A stretch of 64,000 nt of DNA from an uncultured Clostridium sp. (lineage in GTDB: Bacteria; Bacillota; Clostridia; Christensenellales; CAG-138), in assembly GCA_900542285.1 (NCBI GenBank), contig UQNF01000005.1, positions 1,185 to 65,184 on the forward strand, read 5' to 3'. The notes under the pieces are model-generated. The model saw nothing but the letters and a program-made list of their open reading frames with translations, searched no databases and was not told the origin of the DNA. Below, piece by piece: positions 59,727 through 64,000 of this stretch; positions within the stretch are counted from its first letter, which is position 1, and each line of letters begins with the position of its first letter. A program made the translations under genes and the position numbers.

Positions 59727-60831
59727 TGATCTCCTCCTTGCAGTACTTCTGCCTTATCAGGTCATGAAACGTCTTTGTAAATGTACAGACATACTCCGGC
59801 GGCTTAGAAAGATTCCCCGTCTCTGCCAATCCGCATGCGGCGCACATCACGCAATCCTTGCGATGAGAACAGCTCATGCACTCAGCGGGAAGTTCAAGTC
59901 CCTTCGCATCGGCTCTGGTCAGTTCCCACGCTTCCTCAAAGCCTCGTTTTTGAACATTATACCCTTCGCATGGAAACATTCCGCACGGAAGTATGCGGCC
60001 ATCCCAAGTTATCCAAAAAGCGGTGCGTCCTGCTCGGCAATGCATGGGTTTGCCCTCGCTTCCTGTGCACTCCTCATGCTCATCGCCTATTCCGTCGATG
60101 GATCTGATAAGCTGTTCCGGACTCATAATCTGTTCGCGACACTCCAGCATGTGCTTAGCCGCATCCTCGGCAGTGAACCTATGCGGCGCAGCTCCGAATT
60201 CGCTGCCCTCTATTCGTACCGGCGGATACATATACGCTGATGCCTGAATGCCCAGCCCCTCACTTCTGGCAAAAGCATGTATGGCTTCTATTTCAGAGAC
60301 GTTGTACGGCGTGATAGATGCGTTTATTCGTATCGGAACGCCGGCTTCATGCAGTCTTCTTATATTTTCTGCAACGACTGAGAACTTTGCATTGCCGCAC
60401 AGCCTTTCATATGCTTCTTCACTTCCGCCATAGAGGGAAATATTGAGTCTGTTTGGAGGGTTCTTGACAAACAGCTCAAACAGCTCATCGTCGATAAGTG
60501 AACCATTGGTATTTACGGATAGAACAAGCCCCATATCCTTCAATCCGCAGTAGATCTTTGGAAAGTCCGAGCGTATCAGAGGCTCTCCTCCGGTGAGAAG
60601 CAAAAACAGCATTCCTTTTTTAACAGCGGCTTCACCTATCTCCAGCCACTCGTCTGCGTTAAGCTCCGGCCTGTTTGTCGGTTGATGAATATAACACATT
60701 TTGCAATTAAAATTGCATCTGGGCGTCAGCTCAAATGTTCCCGAGATGGGCAGGCCGAGCTTTGAGCCTTTGGAGTGCAAGTAAGCAGCCCAATATGGCT
60801 CCCCGTTAATCAGTCTATCGTCAACGATCAT
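59713..60831 (-). CDS. Radical SAM enzyme with C-terminal SPASM domain (peptide-modifying type)
   Basis: CNFNCKMC (CX3CX2C) at residues about 39-46. C-terminal Cys cluster CRAGRTAFWITWDGRILPC ... CMSCSHRKDCVMCAAC fits the SPASM pattern. Confidence 0.9.
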   Translation of the reverse strand: MIVDDRLINGEPYWAAYLHSKGSKLGLPISGTFELTPRCNFNCKMCYIHQPTNRPELNADEWLEIGEAAVKKGMLFLLLTGGEPLIRSDFPKIYCGLKDMGLVLSVNTNGSLIDDELFELFVKNPPNRLNISLYGGSEEAYERLCGNAKFSVVAENIRRLHEAGVPIRINASITPYNVSEIEAIHAFARSEGLGIQASAYMYPPVRIEGSEFGAAPHRFTAEDAAKHMLECREQIMSPEQLIRSIDGIGDEHEECTGSEGKPMHCRAGRTAFWITWDGRILPCGMFPCEGYNVQKRGFEEAWELTRADAKGLELPAECMSCSHRKDCVMCAACGLAETGNLSKPPEYVCTFTKTFHDLIRQKYCKEEINENK

Positions 60832-61583
60832 AGGTACCTCTCCAGGTATTCAACGGTATTTGGGTCTAATTCGCAGTTGAATTCGATGATAGGCACGCTT
60901 GATATGAGCTTGCTCACAAGTTCAACTGTGTTTTTCATCCGATCCTCGCTGGTTCTGTCTATCATTACTTCGCTGAGAATGCGCACAAACGGTTCAACGC
61001 CGCTGACGCGGCGCGCTTGGTTCACCTTGGCCTGTCCAAGCAGTACAACCGCCTTGATCGGAGCGGTAACGTTTTTACAGTAGCCGCTTGAGCCGCTCAA
61101 AAAGCATCCGTTTGCGTAGAAAACAGTATCGCGAAGTGAAACTATCGTTCTGTCGCCGTTGATAATTTCAGCACCGCGCTGTTGTTTCCAAAACTCTGCC
61201 TGTGTACTCTTCCCAGTACCGCTCGGAGCGGAAAAAACTATAGCTTTTCCGTCCGTCAGGACGAACGAGGAATGAAGCACAAACGCACCTTTTTCAGTCA
61301 TCAGTGCAGGAGCATTAGCATCATTCAGTATGCAGAGCGGATACGCTTTCTTCGCGATAGATGGTTTGTACAGCAGCTTGATGGTATTTCCGTCACGAAT
61401 AACATGCTTGTAATCCTCTTCGTGCTCATAGTCTTCCGCTCTTCCTGCGTTCACATCTATAATGAAATCCGGTTCAACATCATGGACCTCGAAGCTGCTG
61501 AACTGTTCGGGTTCAGCCGTCTCCCAAGGCACAACTATTTTGAATACGATCCCTGCGAAGGAGTAAAGCTTATTATGCATCAT
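60828..61583 (-). CDS. HPr-kinase-like P-loop protein (putative peptide/protein kinase)
   Basis: Start at MMHNKLYSF, overlapping the upstream stop. P-loop FSAPSGTGKST followed by GAEIINGDRTIV parallels the HprK C-domain GxSGxGKSE...ADD. ATGA overlap with the radical SAM gene. Confidence 0.5.
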   Translation of the reverse strand: MMHNKLYSFAGIVFKIVVPWETAEPEQFSSFEVHDVEPDFIIDVNAGRAEDYEHEEDYKHVIRDGNTIKLLYKPSIAKKAYPLCILNDANAPALMTEKGAFVLHSSFVLTDGKAIVFSAPSGTGKSTQAEFWKQQRGAEIINGDRTIVSLRDTVFYANGCFLSGSSGYCKNVTAPIKAVVLLGQAKVNQARRVSGVEPFVRILSEVMIDRTSEDRMKNTVELVSKLISSVPIIEFNCELDPNTVEYLERYL

Positions 61584-62301
61584 AGTCAACAAACATAACC
61601 TGACTGTATCTATCGCTGAAATGGGGCGCATATCCCGTATATGTCGCACCGGCGTCAATTCCTCCATCGACTCTGACTCGATAGGTTATTCCGCCAACGA
61701 GTATTCCTGAGTCATAGTTCTTATAATAGACATAGAAGCTGCCGTCAATGCGCTCATCGGTGATGTTCTTTACATAGATTATGTTATCGCTTGCCGTTAT
61801 CTCAAGCATATCCTCATGCCTGCTCGGGGCCTTGTCAAATGCCACATATTGCTCGACAACTCCCGAAATTTTCATCGCCCTGACCGGAGCGGTCTTCCTG
61901 TTGATATCAAAGGCCCGTATAGTAGAATGCGGCGGCACAGTGCTGAGTTCAAAGCAGTACTGTACTCCGTCGCAATACAGGCTAACCTTGGCGTACTGGA
62001 TATACTGCTCCGAATTGTTCACAAATGTGGCAGAAAGGAAATTGCTGACCATATCATTGCTTCCGTCCTCAAAGAACAGACCCGAAACACGCGCAATGTA
62101 CTTGAGCTGTAAGCCATTCGTCAGGCTCAGCACGGAGCCGTTTTCTACAACGACCTGCTCCTCTTCCGGAACGAACGGGACCTCGGTAGGCTCTGGTGTT
62201 GGCTGTTTGTTGCCCGATAGGCCGCTTGCCAGCACTCCTATAAGTGCCAAAAACGCAGCTGCGGAAATAACCGCAATTATAATTCCAATTTTCTTGCTCA
62301 T
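61573..62301 (-). CDS. Single-pass membrane-anchored protein, unknown function
   Basis: 242 aa. N-terminal TM helix (IGIIIAVISAAAFLALIGVLASGL), a Pro/Glu linker and a beta-rich extracytoplasmic domain. Confidence 0.5.
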   Translation of the reverse strand: MSKKIGIIIAVISAAAFLALIGVLASGLSGNKQPTPEPTEVPFVPEEEQVVVENGSVLSLTNGLQLKYIARVSGLFFEDGSNDMVSNFLSATFVNNSEQYIQYAKVSLYCDGVQYCFELSTVPPHSTIRAFDINRKTAPVRAMKISGVVEQYVAFDKAPSRHEDMLEITASDNIIYVKNITDERIDGSFYVYYKNYDSGILVGGITYRVRVDGGIDAGATYTGYAPHFSDRYSQVMFVDYDA

Positions 62302-62313
62302 ATTAGGAATTTC

Positions 62314-62332
62314 CCCCGCCGTTTAAGCGGGG
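62314..62332 (-). promoter_or_regulatory. GC hairpin between the small ORF and downstream operon genes
   Basis: Minus strand: CCCCGC-TTAAACG-GCGGGG. The 3' arm overlaps the purine-rich RBS of the next gene. Confidence 0.45.
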
Positions 62333-62351
62333 TAATTGTCGCTATTCTAAA

Positions 62352-62591
62352 TTAGGAATGGAAAATCCTTGATCCAGCAATGGGAACATGATAGCAGAAT
62401 TCGCTTTCATCACCATTCTGCGGAGTGACCGAGCATTTATCTAACGATAGGAAAAGAAGAAATCCGCCTCCCAAGTCGTATGTGCAGGTTGAAGCACTGC
62501 CAAAGTTAGTGCTTACAGTTAACGAACAGTCCCCGGCCGCTTTTACGCCAAAATTCACGAAAGCAATTTCAGGCTTCGAATAATTCTTCAT
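62352..62591 (-). CDS. 79-aa Cys-containing small protein (candidate RiPP precursor)
   Basis: ATG preceded by GGAGGT at 5-nt spacing. Four Cys, no signal peptide, C-terminal Ser. It is the first gene of the radical SAM operon. Confidence 0.5.
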   Translation of the reverse strand: MKNYSKPEIAFVNFGVKAAGDCSLTVSTNFGSASTCTYDLGGGFLLFLSLDKCSVTPQNGDESEFCYHVPIAGSRIFHS

Positions 62592-62665
62592 TGGTTACCT
62601 CCAAATAATCGAGTAAGTACCGGGATGGGTGTTGCCCACCCCATTTTATCAGAGCATGAAACCGC

Positions 62666-64000
62666 TCAGTCAGCTCCAAGCACATGGCGCATCAGGACGA
62701 GAGCGTCATACGAGCTGACGGTTCCGTCGCCGTTAAAGTCAGCCGCCTTGAGCTTCGAGCCCTTGAGCTCTACCAATCCGAGGGCATAACGCATTACGAG
62801 AAGAGCATCAAATGTGTTGACATTACCATCTCCGTTTACATCGCCAATGGTATAGTCGCCATAGAGATAATCGAGATGCTCGACCGCAGCCTCAATGCCC
62901 CTGACATCGCAGCAGGCAACGATGGAATTTTCGTTCTCCTGAAGCAGCGCGTTCGGATCGGCGGAAGAATCGGTAGTGGTTACAAATTTAACGCCGTCAT
63001 TCGATGTCACCTTGATATTGGTAATCGAAATGACACTGCTCGTTCCCTTAGTCGCAGGATTGCTGAACATCAGATCTGAAGATACATAGTACGTCTTTTC
63101 GTTAATAGTTGTCGTTGACCATGAAATATTCTTCAGCTCATAGTACATATCGGCAGTCGTTGATAGATCGTTGACCAGAGTTAATTCGATCCAAGGATCT
63201 GTTACATAAGTCGATACATTCTTCTGCGACAGTACCAGCTTTCCGGGATTACCAAATGCAAGCTTTGTACCAATCATGAATCGAGCGTTGCTCGGATCCT
63301 TATCGGTCATGAGCCTGAAATAGACTCCTTGTCCGGGTGTGAGATAGATCTCATTGTTGGGGCTGGGATTCAGGTAATTGAATGAATAGCCTTCTGCAGG
63401 AGCAGTTACTTCGCCCATACCGTCGATAAATATCGCTCCTGTAAAGGTATATGTCGTTCCATTCTGAACACCGCTTCTGCTGAAAACGAAGTCCCTAAAA
63501 CGCACGAAGTCAGGATTTGCTTCACCATCGCTCTTGTATGCAGCTTCTGCCGTCGCATCTCCCTTTGCAGGGTCGTAAATGCGTATCGCATCGAGGTAAA
63601 CGGTGTAGCTGTCACTTCCGGTATGATTAAAGCTACTGTTATAGATTACCTTTATCGTTACGGTGTATTCGCCATAAGCGAGATCGGAAACCTTTATGAC
63701 GGGTACCTGCCAGACACCCGGCGTGCCCTCAGAGGGTACCGCAGTCCAGATACCGTTATTATATGTATAGCCATAATAAGTATCAACGATCAGGCTCTTT
63801 ACAAGCCCTCCACTGCTGTTCTCGACCTGAACGATCATAAGTCCGCTTGTGGAGTCGGTCTTGGAAATAACATCAAAGCCGGTTCCCTTGAAGGTAAAGC
63901 TTGCGGAAGGCGGGTTACTGCTATCTGTATCTGCATTAACCGTTACCTTATGATAGCCGTTCATGCTGAAGGCAAGCTCATCATCGTATATCGGATCATA
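62666..64000 (-). CDS. Dockerin-containing extracellular protein (5' end outside the window)
   Basis: The C-terminus has two calcium-binding dockerin repeats (DVNGDGNVNTFDALLVMR; DFNGDGTVSSYDALVLMR). The upstream part has beta-rich CBM/Ig-like modules. The frame stays open to position 64000. Confidence 0.8.
   Translation of the reverse strand, partial: YDPIYDDELAFSMNGYHKVTVNADTDSSNPPSASFTFKGTGFDVISKTDSTSGLMIVQVENSSGGLVKSLIVDTYYGYTYNNGIWTAVPSEGTPGVWQVPVIKVSDLAYGEYTVTIKVIYNSSFNHTGSDSYTVYLDAIRIYDPAKGDATAEAAYKSDGEANPDFVRFRDFVFSRSGVQNGTTYTFTGAIFIDGMGEVTAPAEGYSFNYLNPSPNNEIYLTPGQGVYFRLMTDKDPSNARFMIGTKLAFGNPGKLVLSQKNVSTYVTDPWIELTLVNDLSTTADMYYELKNISWSTTTINEKTYYVSSDLMFSNPATKGTSSVISITNIKVTSNDGVKFVTTTDSSADPNALLQENENSIVACCDVRGIEAAVEHLDYLYGDYTIGDVNGDGNVNTFDALLVMRYALGLVELKGSKLKAADFNGDGTVSSYDALVLMRHVLGAD

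Noticed and set aside
62592-62665. A dedicated promoter for the 79-aa ORF in the 74-nt spacer
   Set aside because: Only weak candidates were found, such as TGACTG with an 18-nt spacer to TAAAAT. This is not convincing by eye, so the start of the operon transcript is left open.

Overview
This 64-kb window looks like a chromosomal segment of a Gram-positive anaerobe. It is probably a Clostridia or Ruminococcaceae-like organism, judging by strong GGAGG ribosome-binding sites, a dockerin-bearing protein, GerM/YlxY/SpoIIQ-like sporulation-associated genes and the rpsO-pnp-ylxY-mlpA gene order. Most of it is housekeeping. It holds two sugar ABC uptake systems, one of which is a LacI-controlled maltodextrin-type operon with malQ. 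It also holds groES-groEL, a heterodimeric ABC exporter pair, the pstSCAB-phoU operon, the divIVA/sepF/yggS division cluster, pnp, rpsO, a tRNA-Trp, uppP, murA, murC, metK behind a SAM-I riboswitch, mfd and rubrerythrin. I found no rRNA, CRISPR array, transposase or integrase. The most unusual locus is a tightly coupled minus-strand operon at about 58.9-62.6 kb. It encodes a 79-aa cysteine-containing ORF, a membrane-anchored protein of unknown function, an HPr-kinase-like P-loop protein, a radical-SAM/SPASM enzyme, a PqqD-like protein and a GNAT. This has the architecture of a RiPP (ribosomally synthesised, post-translationally modified peptide) pathway that may combine radical-SAM crosslinking with phosphorylation. 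It has no obvious protease or exporter. Secondary points of interest are listed below.
- A 20-codon uORF plus intrinsic terminator lies in front of the ABC exporter pair.
- A P-loop protein carries a C-terminal AlaX/tRNA-SAD-like segment.
- An M23 protein has a catalytically degenerate LytM domain.
- An XRE regulator appears to be translated from a leaderless mRNA.
- The groES promoter has no recognisable CIRCE operator.
All functional calls come from reading motifs by eye. No database search was run.
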